A stretch of 64,000 nt of DNA, taken from positions 991 to 64,990 of the forward strand of contig CAZTOZ010000059.1 of the NCBI GenBank assembly GCA_964614535.1. Direction: 5' to 3'. The position numbers were made by a program, and so were the translations under genes. Every line of letters starts with the position of its first letter. Position 1 is the first letter of the stretch. Source of the stretch: an uncultured Thiotrichales bacterium. GTDB lineage: Bacteria; Pseudomonadota; Gammaproteobacteria; UWMA-0217. Below, piece by piece: positions 19,043-28,207 of the stretch. Below the pieces are notes generated by a model. That model made no database searches. It was not told the DNA's origin and saw nothing but the letters and a program-made list of their open reading frames with translations.

Positions 19043-20155
19043 TCACATCGCCTGCCGGGGTTCACCCAAGGCATACGGCGCAGGATCGACGAACGGCGGC
19101 TCGCCCGCGATCAGTTCCGCCACCAGCCGCGCCGACCCCAGCCCCATGACGATGCCGTTGCGAAACTGGCCGGCATTGACATAGAGCCCGGCGACGGCCG
19201 GACACTCGCCAATGAACGGGATGCCGTCACGGGTGCCGGGCCGCAACCCCGCCCACTGGTTGACCACCGGCGCGTCGGCCAACGCGGGAACGAGCCCGAT
19301 GGCCGCGGCCCTCAACGCCTCCAGCGCCTCGGTCGTGGTCTGCTTGTCGAACGTGCCGAACTCCAGCGTGGAGCCGATCAGCACCAGCCCATCCTTGCGC
19401 GGAATCAGATAGCGGCTGTCGCGCATCACCATTCGCGTCAACGTTCCCGGGGGGGTCTGGAACTGGACGATCTGTCCCTTGACCGGCTGGATGACGGCCG
19501 GCGCCGAACAGGCGGCGGGCATCAGCCCGCCACTCCAGGCACCCGCGGTGACCAGCACCCGGTCGGCCGCGATGGTTTCCCCGTTTTGCAGCCGCACCCC
19601 GGCGACGCGCCCCCCGGCGACGACGATCTCGGCCACCGGCGCCTGCTCGCGGATCGTCAGGCCCGGGGTCTGTCGCGCCTGCGCGGCCAGCGCCTTCGCC
19701 AGCCGCGGATTGCGGACCTGGTGGATCTCCGGCATCCACGAGCCCTGCTCGAAGCGGGGATCCAGCCCGGGCTGCACCGCCTCCAGTTCGGCGCGGGTGG
19801 CGAGCCGCTCGATACGCACCGCCCAGCGCTCGGCCCACGGCCCCATGGCCGGCTCCGGCTCGTCCAGCATCAACATCCCCGACGGCAGCAGCTCGGGATC
19901 GATGCCAGTCTGATCACGCAGCCGCGCCAGCACCTCGGGGTAGTGGCGCTGACCATAAACGGCGAGCCGGTTGACGGCATCGGGATAGCGCCACGGATAC
20001 ATCGGCGAGACGATGCCGCCACCCGCCCACGACGATTCGCGGGCCAACGCGCCCTGCTCCAGCAACAACGGCCGCAGACCGCGCTCGACCAGCATCTGCG
20101 CCGACAACAAACCGATGGCACCGCCACCGACGATGATGCAGTCCGGAGAAGACAT
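19043..20155 (-). CDS. thiO: Glycine oxidase (FAD-dependent)
   Basis: GGGAIG dinucleotide fold, 'ESSWAGGGIVSP', 'PVKGQ', 'WAGLRPG', 'GQFRNGI'; divergent from thiS-thiG. Confidence 0.85.
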   Translation of the reverse strand: MSSPDCIIVGGGAIGLLSAQMLVERGLRPLLLEQGALARESSWAGGGIVSPMYPWRYPDAVNRLAVYGQRHYPEVLARLRDQTGIDPELLPSGMLMLDEPEPAMGPWAERWAVRIERLATRAELEAVQPGLDPRFEQGSWMPEIHQVRNPRLAKALAAQARQTPGLTIREQAPVAEIVVAGGRVAGVRLQNGETIAADRVLVTAGAWSGGLMPAACSAPAVIQPVKGQIVQFQTPPGTLTRMVMRDSRYLIPRKDGLVLIGSTLEFGTFDKQTTTEALEALRAAAIGLVPALADAPVVNQWAGLRPGTRDGIPFIGECPAVAGLYVNAGQFRNGIVMGLGSARLVAELIAGEPPFVDPAPYALGEPRQAM

Positions 20156-20276
20156 AGGACGAAGCGTAACCTCTGGGATGATGATTGCTTTGATCCGGAT
20201 CAAGCGGGCGGGGCGGTTTCGCCGGACCCGGTGGATACCCTACAATACAACAATTCCCGACCAATGCACTCAGCCC

Positions 20277-20477
20277 ATGCAGATCATAGTCAACGGCGAA
20301 GCGGTGGAAGCGCCCGACAACCTCACGGCCGCCGAGCTGATCCGCCACCTCGGCCTCGAAAACGAACGCCTGGCAATGGAGATCAACCGGCAGATCGCAC
20401 CGCGCAGCCGCCACGACGAGATCGTCATCCAGCCCAACGACAAGGTGGAAATCGTCCGCGCCATCGGCGGCGGCTGA
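20277..20477 (+). CDS. thiS: Thiamine sulfur carrier protein
   Basis: 66 aa MQIIVNGE...[12 protein letters not shown] with C-terminal Gly-Gly. Confidence 0.96.
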   Translation: MQIIVNGEAVEAPDNLTAAELIRHLGLENERLAMEINRQIAPRSRHDEIVIQPNDKVEIVRAIGGG

Positions 20478-20511
20478 TCCCCTTTTTCCTCAATCCTTGC
20501 AGAGAATCACC

Positions 20512-21300
20512 ATGACCATCGCAGCCGACACCCTCACCATCAACGGCCGAACCTTCCACTCCCGCCTGCTGGTCGGCACCGGCAAGTACAAGGACATGGA
20601 GGAGACGCGCCTGGCCATCGAAGCCAGCGGCGCCGAGATCATCACCGTGGCCATCCGCCGCACCAACATTGGCCAGAATCCGGGCGAGGCCAACCTGCTC
20701 GACACGCTGCCACCGGATCAGTACACCTACCTGCCCAACACCGCCGGCTGCTACAGCGCCGAGGACGCGGTCCGAACCTGCCGGCTGGCACGCGAGCTGC
20801 TGGACGACCACACCCTGGTGAAGCTGGAGGTACTCGGTGACGAGAAGACCCTGTTCCCCCATGTGACCGAGACGCTCGAGGCGGCGCGGACACTGGTGGA
20901 AGAGGGCTTCGAGGTGATGGTCTACACCAACGACGACCCCATCGTCGCCCGCGAACTGGAACAGATCGGCTGCGTCGCGGTGATGCCGCTGGCGGCACCG
21001 ATCGGCTCCGGGCTCGGCATCCGCAATCCCTACAACATCCTGGAGATCATCGAAAACGCCAACGTACCGGTGATCGTCGATGCTGGCGTCGGCACCGCCT
21101 CCGATGCCGCGGTGGCAATGGAGCTGGGCTGCGACGGCGTATTGATGAACACCGCCATCGCCACGGCGCAGAACCCGGTCCTGATGGCCTCGGCCATGAA
21201 GAAGGCCATCGAAGCCGGCCGCGAGGCTTTCCTCGCCGGGCGGATGCCGCGCAAGCGCTACGCCTCGGCATCGTCGCCCATCGACGGCACCTTCTTCTGA
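20512..21300 (+). CDS. thiG: Thiazole synthase
   Basis: '[10 protein letters not shown]', 'LPNTAGC', 'VKLEVLGD', '[13 protein letters not shown]', '[11 protein letters not shown]'. Confidence 0.97.
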   Translation: MTIAADTLTINGRTFHSRLLVGTGKYKDMEETRLAIEASGAEIITVAIRRTNIGQNPGEANLLDTLPPDQYTYLPNTAGCYSAEDAVRTCRLARELLDDHTLVKLEVLGDEKTLFPHVTETLEAARTLVEEGFEVMVYTNDDPIVARELEQIGCVAVMPLAAPIGSGLGIRNPYNILEIIENANVPVIVDAGVGTASDAAVAMELGCDGVLMNTAIATAQNPVLMASAMKKAIEAGREAFLAGRMPRKRYASASSPIDGTFF

Positions 21301-21313
21301 CACGGGCTCCACG

Positions 21314-22045
21314 GTGACGCTGGACAAATCCCGCAGCCACCGGATGCGCGATATTCCGCACGTGCCGCACCCGCGCCGGATCAAGAGCTTCGTCCAACGC
21401 CAGGGCCGCCTGACCAAGGGGCAGGCACGCGCCATCGAGAAGCTCTGGCCACGCTACGGCCTGGCGTTGGACGGCGATCCACTGGATCTGGCCGCACTGT
21501 TCGGCGCCGCCACCCCGGTGACGCTGGAGATCGGCTTTGGCAACGGCCACTCACTGGCGGAGATGGCGCTGGCGGCGCCGCAGCGCGGCTTCATCGGCAT
21601 CGAGGTGCATCGCCCCGGCGTCGGCCAGCTGCTGCAACGGATCGGCGAACGCAACATCGACAACATCCGCATCTTCAGCGCCGACGCCCTCGACGTGCTG
21701 GAGACGATGATCCCGCCCGCCTCCCTCGACCGCATCCAGCTCTTCTTCCCCGACCCGTGGCCAAAGAAGAAACACCACAAACGCCGCCTCCTCAACCCCA
21801 CCTTCGCCACGCTGGCCGCCGCCCGGCTCCGCCCCGGCGGGCTGCTGCACATGGCCACCGACTGGGAGCCCTACGCCGAAGCGGCGCTGGAAGTGCTGGA
21901 GCGCCATCCCGACTTCGACAACACCACCGACGGCTTCAGCCCCCGCCCCGAGTGGCGCCCGCTGACCAAGTTCGAACGCCGGGGGCGACGCCTCGGCCAC
22001 ACGGTTCACGACCTGATTTTCCGCCGCTCGGAGCCCCGCGGCTGA
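21314..22045 (+). CDS. trmB: tRNA (guanine-N7)-methyltransferase
   Basis: 'SFVQRQGRLT', 'LEIGFGNG', 'FFPDPWPKKKHHKRRL', 'TDWEPYA', 'TKFERRG'. Confidence 0.96.
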   Translation: MTLDKSRSHRMRDIPHVPHPRRIKSFVQRQGRLTKGQARAIEKLWPRYGLALDGDPLDLAALFGAATPVTLEIGFGNGHSLAEMALAAPQRGFIGIEVHRPGVGQLLQRIGERNIDNIRIFSADALDVLETMIPPASLDRIQLFFPDPWPKKKHHKRRLLNPTFATLAAARLRPGGLLHMATDWEPYAEAALEVLERHPDFDNTTDGFSPRPEWRPLTKFERRGRRLGHTVHDLIFRRSEPRG

Positions 22046-22075
22046 TTCGCACTGGCTGGTGAACATGGTTAGAAT
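22046..22075 (+). promoter_or_regulatory. Candidate sigma70 promoter of prk
   Basis: TTCGCA-N18-TAGAAT, 93 bp upstream of prk start. Confidence 0.4.
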
Positions 22076-22168
22076 AGCCGCCAGTTTACATTTCAGCGTG
22101 AAACCTCTCCGGCCGGCCAACGCCCTTTCATGCTTCCGGATCAATAACCAGACCATGGGGAACAACCT

Positions 22169-23059
22169 ATGTCCAAGAAACATCCAGTCATTGTCGTAAC
22201 CGGCTCTTCCGGCGCCGGTACCACCACCGTCAAGCGGGCCTTCGAGCACATCTTCAACCGCGAGAAGATCAAGCCCGTCGTCGTCGAGGGCGACAGCTTC
22301 CACCGCTACGACCGCGCCGCCATGAAAGAGGCGATGAAAAAGGCCGAGGAAGCCGGCGACAAAACCTTCAGCCATTTCGGCCCCGAGGCCAATGTCTTCG
22401 ACAAGCTCGAAGAGCTGTTCCGCACCTACGGCGAGACCGGCAAGGGCCAGAAGCGCTACTACCTGCACAGCCTGGAAGAGGCTGCCGAGCACAACGAACG
22501 CCTGGGCACCAACCTGGAGCCCGGTCAGTTCACTCCGTGGGAAGACATCGACGAAGGCACCGACCTGCTGTTCTACGAGGGGCTGCACGGGCTGGTCAAG
22601 GGCGATGGTTACGACGTGGCCCAGCACGTCGATCTGGGCATCGGCGTGGTGCCGATCGTCAACCTGGAATGGATTCAGAAGATCCACCGCGACAGCGCCG
22701 AGCGTGGCTACTCGGAAGAGGCCATCGTCGACACCATCCTGCGCCGCATGCCCGACTACGTCAAACACATCACGCCGCAGTTCTCCCGCACCGACATCAA
22801 CTTCCAGCGGGTGGCCACGGTGGACACCTCCAACCCGTTCATCGCCCGCGACATTCCGACACCGGACGAGAGCTTCGTCGTCATCCGTTTCGCCGATCCG
22901 GCCAAGTTCGACGTGGACTTCCCCTACCTGCTGGCGGTTCTGCCCGGCTCGTTCATGTCACGGCGCAACACCATCGTCGTCCCCGGCGGCAAGATGGGGC
23001 TGGCGATGGAGGTGATCCTCGCGCCGATCATCCATCGCATGATCGCCGCCAAGGGATGA
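22169..23059 (+). CDS. prk: Phosphoribulokinase (proteobacterial type)
   Basis: 'HPVIVVTGSSGAGTTTV', 'EGDSFHRYDR', 'DLLFYEGLHG', 'NLEWIQKIHRD', 'QRVATVDTSNPFIAR'. Confidence 0.95.
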   Translation: MSKKHPVIVVTGSSGAGTTTVKRAFEHIFNREKIKPVVVEGDSFHRYDRAAMKEAMKKAEEAGDKTFSHFGPEANVFDKLEELFRTYGETGKGQKRYYLHSLEEAAEHNERLGTNLEPGQFTPWEDIDEGTDLLFYEGLHGLVKGDGYDVAQHVDLGIGVVPIVNLEWIQKIHRDSAERGYSEEAIVDTILRRMPDYVKHITPQFSRTDINFQRVATVDTSNPFIARDIPTPDESFVVIRFADPAKFDVDFPYLLAVLPGSFMSRRNTIVVPGGKMGLAMEVILAPIIHRMIAAKG

Positions 23060-23085
23060 GTCCAGCCACCCTCCGCACGACCGAT

Positions 23086-23118
23086 CACAGCCCCGCTCGC
23101 GGGGCTGTGTCGTTTCTT
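23086..23118 (+). terminator. Intrinsic terminator after prk
   Basis: CACAGCCCCG-CTCG-CGGGGCTGTG perfect 10-bp stem followed by TCGTTTCTT. Confidence 0.65.
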
Positions 23119-23135
23119 GCCGGGGACACGGTGCG

Positions 23136-24263
23136 ATGAGACCGTTCCAGCACGGCCTCGCCATCGGCAGCGATCCACGCGAAGTGGTCAATGTCTGCCT
23201 GGCGCAGATCGGCGACATCGAACCGGCCACCAATGTCGGCTTCCTCTACCTCACCGATGCCCTCGCCAGCGAGCTGGAGCACATTCTCCATCTGCTCCAG
23301 CAGGGAACCGGCATCCAACACTGGTACGGCTCCACCGGCATCGCATTGATCGGCCGCGAGCAGGAGATCTACGACCAGCCGGCGCTGTCGATCCTGTTGG
23401 CCAGCCTGCCCGCCGACGGCTTCCGAACCCTCGGTTCGATCCGCGCCGCCCGTGATGGCGACCGCTGGCTGGCCGCCCACGAGGCGTGGCTCGAAACCAG
23501 CGGCGCCCGCTTCGGCATCGTCCACGGCGACCCGACCAACCCGGCCATTCCCACGCTGATCGAAAAACTCGCCGACGCTCTGGACGGCGGCTTCTTCTGC
23601 GGCGGCCTCACCTCGTCCCAGACGCAATACCTGCAAGTCGCCGACCAGATCACCGATGGCGGCCTCAGCGGTGTGCTGCTGGCGCCCGAGGCGGAGGTGG
23701 TGGTCGGCCACACCCAAGGCTGCTCACCCATCGGGCCGGTACGCACCATCACCGAGGCCGCCGCCAATATCGTCATGGAGATCGACGGCATGAGCGCGCT
23801 GGACGCGATGCGCCAAGACGTGGGCGAGGTGCTGGCGCGGGATCTCAGCCGTCTCGGCGGCTTCATCTTCGCCGGTCTGCCGATCCGCGGCTCCGACACC
23901 GGCGACTATATGATCCGCAACCTGCTCGGCATCGACCAGCAAGCGGGCCGTATCGCCATCGGCGACCGCATCGAGCCGGGTGACCAGATCGTCTTCTGCC
24001 GCCGCGATGGCAACACCGCGCGCGACGACATGCAGCGCATGCTCGACGACCTGAAACGGCGCTGCGACGGCCGGCGGCCACGAGGTGGCATCTACGTCTC
24101 CTGCCTGGGGCGGGGACGCCATCAGTTCGGTGAGCAGTCGCAGGAGATCGGAATGATCACGGCAACCCTCGGCGACATGCCATTGACCGGTTTTTTCGCC
24201 AGCGGCGAGATCTTCCACGACCGGATCTACGGCTATACCGGCGTGCTGACGCTGTTTCTGTAA
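23136..24263 (+). CDS. FIST-domain (FIST_N + FIST_C) protein
   Basis: 'FFCGGLTSS', 'GHTQGCSPIG', 'MIRNLLGID', 'YVSCLGRG', 'GFFASGEI...YGYTGVL'. Confidence 0.9.
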   Translation: MRPFQHGLAIGSDPREVVNVCLAQIGDIEPATNVGFLYLTDALASELEHILHLLQQGTGIQHWYGSTGIALIGREQEIYDQPALSILLASLPADGFRTLGSIRAARDGDRWLAAHEAWLETSGARFGIVHGDPTNPAIPTLIEKLADALDGGFFCGGLTSSQTQYLQVADQITDGGLSGVLLAPEAEVVVGHTQGCSPIGPVRTITEAAANIVMEIDGMSALDAMRQDVGEVLARDLSRLGGFIFAGLPIRGSDTGDYMIRNLLGIDQQAGRIAIGDRIEPGDQIVFCRRDGNTARDDMQRMLDDLKRRCDGRRPRGGIYVSCLGRGRHQFGEQSQEIGMITATLGDMPLTGFFASGEIFHDRIYGYTGVLTLFL

Positions 24264-24395
24264 CGGATCGCACCGATCTTCACGACATCCCCTGCCCCAC
24301 GGGCCGACGAGAAACCCCGCTCCGACGCCGGCCGCCCAACCCGATCGCGACCCACCGATGGCACCACCACCGACGCCTCGGTACACTGTCGCGCC

Positions 24396-25115
24396 ATGGA
24401 CGCATCCCCCGCACTGGAAGCCATCGACCTCCAGCACCGTTATCACGACGAACCCGCCCTCGAACGGATCTCACTGCACCTCTTCAGCGGCGAGACGCTG
24501 GCACTGCTCGGTCCCAACGGCGCCGGTAAATCGACGCTGCTCAATATTCTCTCCGGCATTCTCGCCCCCACGGCGGGGGAGGTGAAGATCGCCGGGACGG
24601 CATTGCGGGAACGACCCGCGCTGCGACGGCGGATCGGTTATCTGCCGGCGCGCCCACCGCTCCACGACGACCTGTCGGCACGCGAACAACTGGCGTTTGC
24701 CGCCCACCTCTACGGCCTCGACCAGGCCACCCGACGGATCGACGAGATCATCGACCGCTGTCGGCTCGGCGCCGTGCAGGGGCAGCGCAACGGCTGGTTG
24801 TCGAAGGGGTTTCGCCAACGCGTCGCTCTCGCCCAGGCGTTGCTGCACGAGCCGGAGATCCTGTTACTGGACGAACCGGGCGACGGTCTCGACCCGCTGC
24901 AGCGGCAGGCCTTTCACCAGCTGCTGAAGGACCTCCAACCCGATACGGCCATCGTCCTCTCGTCCCACCAGCTCGCCGAGGCGAAATCCCTCTGCGACCG
25001 GCTGCTGATCCTCGACGCCGGCCGGGCACTGCTCGCCGCCTCCATGAGCGAGATCGACGAACCGCTGGAGCGGCTGTTCACCCGGCTGATCTATGGCGGA
25101 GACGACGATGTCTGA
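24396..25115 (+). CDS. ABC transporter ATP-binding protein (GldA-like)
   Basis: GPNGAGKST, LSKGFRQR, LLLDEP, SSH. Confidence 0.92.
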   Translation: MDASPALEAIDLQHRYHDEPALERISLHLFSGETLALLGPNGAGKSTLLNILSGILAPTAGEVKIAGTALRERPALRRRIGYLPARPPLHDDLSAREQLAFAAHLYGLDQATRRIDEIIDRCRLGAVQGQRNGWLSKGFRQRVALAQALLHEPEILLLDEPGDGLDPLQRQAFHQLLKDLQPDTAIVLSSHQLAEAKSLCDRLLILDAGRALLAASMSEIDEPLERLFTRLIYGGDDDV

Positions 25116-27195
25116 CCTGCGCGCCATCGCCCTGTTGGAATATCGCCGCTGGCTGCGCCGCCCGGCCTACTGGGGGCTGCTGGCCGCCGTCGCTTTCGGC
25201 CTCGCCTTTCTTTTTCTGCGGCTGGTGGAACACCACGCCGCGCTGCGCGCCAGCCGGCTCGCCGGCGCCAGTTCGCTGACGGCGATGCAGACGATCGTCG
25301 CACCGTTCTTCGAGCAGGCCGCGCTTCTGCTGCTGGCGCTGATCCCGCTGGTGACGATGCGCACGATCGCCGGTGAACGGGAAAGCGGGAGCTGGACGCT
25401 GCTGCAAACCGCCGCCACCCCACCCTGGCGAATCGTTCTCGGGAAACTGCTCGGCGTGTTGTGGCTATTGCTGCCACCCCTGCTGCTGACGGCGGCCATG
25501 CCGGCCCTGCTGCTGGGCACCGCCGGCACGCTCGACTGGGGCCACCTCCTCACCGCGCTGGCGGGTCTGACGCTGCTGGTCACCGCCTTCGCCGCCGCCG
25601 GCATCCACTGCTCGGCCCGCGCCTCGGAAGCGGTGACGGCCGCAATGTGCGGCTACGGCCTGATCCTGCTGTTCTTGCTCTTCCACGCCACCAGCGCCAT
25701 GCCCGGCGCGCTGGCACCGACGCTGTACTGGCTGTCGCCGTTGAGCCATCTTTCGCCGTTTCTCGAAGCCCGTTTCGACAGCGCCGATCTGCTCTGGTTG
25801 GTGGTTTTTTCGCTGCTGTTCATCGAACTGGCCCGACAGCGGCTGCGCGATGAGTATCGCCGTCCGCCATACCGGTACATTCGCCCTGCGCGCACACCAG
25901 TCACCATTGTCACCGCGATGGCCGTGGCGCTGTCGCTCGGGCAATTCCATTTTTCGGCCGATCTGTCGCAACAGAAAATCAATACCGCGCCCGCGGCGGC
26001 GATCCAACTGCTGGAAAAACTCGACGGTGAGTTGACCATCGACGCCATCGTGGCCGACGCACCGACACTGCGGCGCCGGATAGAAAAAGCACTACGCCCC
26101 TATCTGGCGGCATCGCGTGCCGTCTCACTGAAGTTCCAGACACCGGCGGAAGCCGCCGTGGACAGCGGGCAACGATTGCAACAGACCGGTCGGCTGGAAT
26201 TGCGCTACGGCAACCGGACCGAAACCCTCCATGCACTGGGCCAAGGGGAGATCCTCCGCGCACTGCAACGCCTGATCGACGGTCGTGAACAGTGGATCGT
26301 ATTTCTCGAAGGGCACGGCGAAAAATCACTCTTCGATGCCAGCAGCGACGGCTATTCGACACTCGATCGTCTGCTCCGCCAGGCGGGTTTCCAAACCCAG
26401 GCCATCGATCTGCTGAAGCTGCCGGCCATCCCCGACAACACCACCGTGCTGGTCGTCGGCACACCGGCGTCGTCGTGGCTCGGCGGTGAACACGATGCCC
26501 TGTCGGCCTATCTGCAACGCGGCGGCAATATCCTGCTGCTGCGCGATCCCGGGGGGGACAATCCACTCGACGCCCTGCTCGATGCCGTGGCCGTCACGCC
26601 ACTGCCCGGCGTCGTCATCGACGCCAACGAACGGCTGCGAAAAATATTGGCGATCCGGCATCCGGCCATCGTGCCCGTCACCTCGTTCGGCGACCATGAC
26701 CTCACCGCCGGCTTCTCCGGCCGCCTCCTGCTGCCACTGGCAACGGCACTGGCAACACGAGACGATGGGAAATGGCGCGACGCGGCGCTGCTCTACTCCT
26801 CGGCCGACAGCTGGAACGAGACCGCCGACCTCCAGGGGCATGTCCGTTTCGATGCCGACGGTGACGAGCGGGCCGGGCCGTTGCCGCTCGCCATCGCCGC
26901 CAGCCGCCCCCATGGCGAGCACGAGCAACGGGCCGTCGTCATCGGCGACAGCGATTTTCTCGACAACGACTACATCGCCTTCGGTGACAACGCCCGCTTT
27001 GCACTGCGACTGTTCGACTGGCTGGCCGGCAATAACGACGCCCCGGCCGCAATGCCACACCCCGACGAACAATCCCTCGCCCTCAGCGATACCACACTGC
27101 TGGCGATGGCCGCCTTCTGGCTGCTGGGGCTGCCACTGCTGTCGCTGTTGATCGCGCTGTGGCAATGGCGCCGTCAGAGGAACCCCCATGCCTGA
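25108..27195 (+). CDS. Fused ABC-2 permease (GldF-like) and GldG-like periplasmic domain
   Basis: N-half 'LIPLVTMRTIAGERESG...IVLGKL' with 6 TMs; C-half 'IVFLEGHGEK', 'VVIDAN', 'VVIGDSDF', 'DWLAG', C-terminal TM. Confidence 0.8.
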   Translation: MSDLRAIALLEYRRWLRRPAYWGLLAAVAFGLAFLFLRLVEHHAALRASRLAGASSLTAMQTIVAPFFEQAALLLLALIPLVTMRTIAGERESGSWTLLQTAATPPWRIVLGKLLGVLWLLLPPLLLTAAMPALLLGTAGTLDWGHLLTALAGLTLLVTAFAAAGIHCSARASEAVTAAMCGYGLILLFLLFHATSAMPGALAPTLYWLSPLSHLSPFLEARFDSADLLWLVVFSLLFIELARQRLRDEYRRPPYRYIRPARTPVTIVTAMAVALSLGQFHFSADLSQQKINTAPAAAIQLLEKLDGELTIDAIVADAPTLRRRIEKALRPYLAASRAVSLKFQTPAEAAVDSGQRLQQTGRLELRYGNRTETLHALGQGEILRALQRLIDGREQWIVFLEGHGEKSLFDASSDGYSTLDRLLRQAGFQTQAIDLLKLPAIPDNTTVLVVGTPASSWLGGEHDALSAYLQRGGNILLLRDPGGDNPLDALLDAVAVTPLPGVVIDANERLRKILAIRHPAIVPVTSFGDHDLTAGFSGRLLLPLATALATRDDGKWRDAALLYSSADSWNETADLQGHVRFDADGDERAGPLPLAIAASRPHGEHEQRAVVIGDSDFLDNDYIAFGDNARFALRLFDWLAGNNDAPAAMPHPDEQSLALSDTTLLAMAAFWLLGLPLLSLLIALWQWRRQRNPHA

Positions 27196-28003
27196 ACTCC
27201 CTGAAGTCGAAACGACCCGCCGCGGCATCGCCCCCCATTTGGTCGGCCGCCGCATCGAACGGGTCGTGGTGCGCAATCCGGCCCTGCGCTGGCCCATACC
27301 ACCACAATTGCCGCAGCTGCTGCGGGGCCGGAAGATTCTGGCCATCGACCGGCGCGCCAAATACCTGCTGTTCGATCTCGGCAACGGTACGTTGATCATC
27401 CATCTCGGTATGTCGGGCAGCCTGCGCCTCACGCCGGCGGAGACACCGGCAAAAAAACACGATCATTTCATGCTGGTGCTGAACAGCCAGATGACCCTGC
27501 GCCTGCACGACCCAAGGCGCTTCGGTGCGGTGTTGTGGCATCGCGGCGACGTCGGCCGCCATCCGCTGCTCGCATCACTGGGGCCGGAACCGCTGGACGA
27601 GGCATTCGACGCCGCCTATCTCCACGCCAGCTGCCTCGACCGCAAGACCCCGATCAAACAACACATCATGAACAACAAGGTGGTGGTCGGCATCGGCAAC
27701 ATCTACGCCAACGAGGCGCTGTTCCTGGCCGGCATCCATCCCCGCCGCGCTGCCGGCCGGATCGCCCGCCCCCGCATCGCCCGGCTCTGTGACAGTATCA
27801 AGACGGTATTGCAAAGCGCCATCGAGCAAGGGGGCACGACGCTGCGTGACTTCGTTCACGCCGACGGCGAACCCGGCTACTTCAGTTTGAGGCTCCACGT
27901 CTACGGCAAAACGGGCGAACCCTGCTACGCTTGTGGGAGCCCTATCAGGCAAATCGTCATCGGTCAACGATCAACTTTTTACTGTTGGCGCTGTCAGAGG
28001 TAG
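27188..28003 (+). CDS. mutM: Formamidopyrimidine-DNA glycosylase
   Basis: MPELPEVET start, 'RRAKYLL', 'HLGMSGSL', 'GIGNIYANE', C-terminal CxxC...CxxC zinc finger. Confidence 0.98.
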   Translation: MPELPEVETTRRGIAPHLVGRRIERVVVRNPALRWPIPPQLPQLLRGRKILAIDRRAKYLLFDLGNGTLIIHLGMSGSLRLTPAETPAKKHDHFMLVLNSQMTLRLHDPRRFGAVLWHRGDVGRHPLLASLGPEPLDEAFDAAYLHASCLDRKTPIKQHIMNNKVVVGIGNIYANEALFLAGIHPRRAAGRIARPRIARLCDSIKTVLQSAIEQGGTTLRDFVHADGEPGYFSLRLHVYGKTGEPCYACGSPIRQIVIGQRSTFYCWRCQR

Positions 28004-28207
28004 AATGAGGGAAACCCCCACAGAGGGGGCAGTAAATAACAATCGACATAGTGAGCAACACATGGATGCCGGGCGATGCCAAGCCCACCGGGGGTATCGG
28101 ATTCCAACAACCACCGCCGTGGTTCCGAGCCGCTCAGAGGGATCTGAATCCAGAAAAATAATAATCCGCAGCGTGCCTGGCGCGCTCGAAAAAGCAGGAC
28201 TCAGGTA

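Noticed and set aside
20156-20276. Expected TPP riboswitch at the thi genes
   Set aside because: No CTGAGA...ACCTGA aptamer core on either strand
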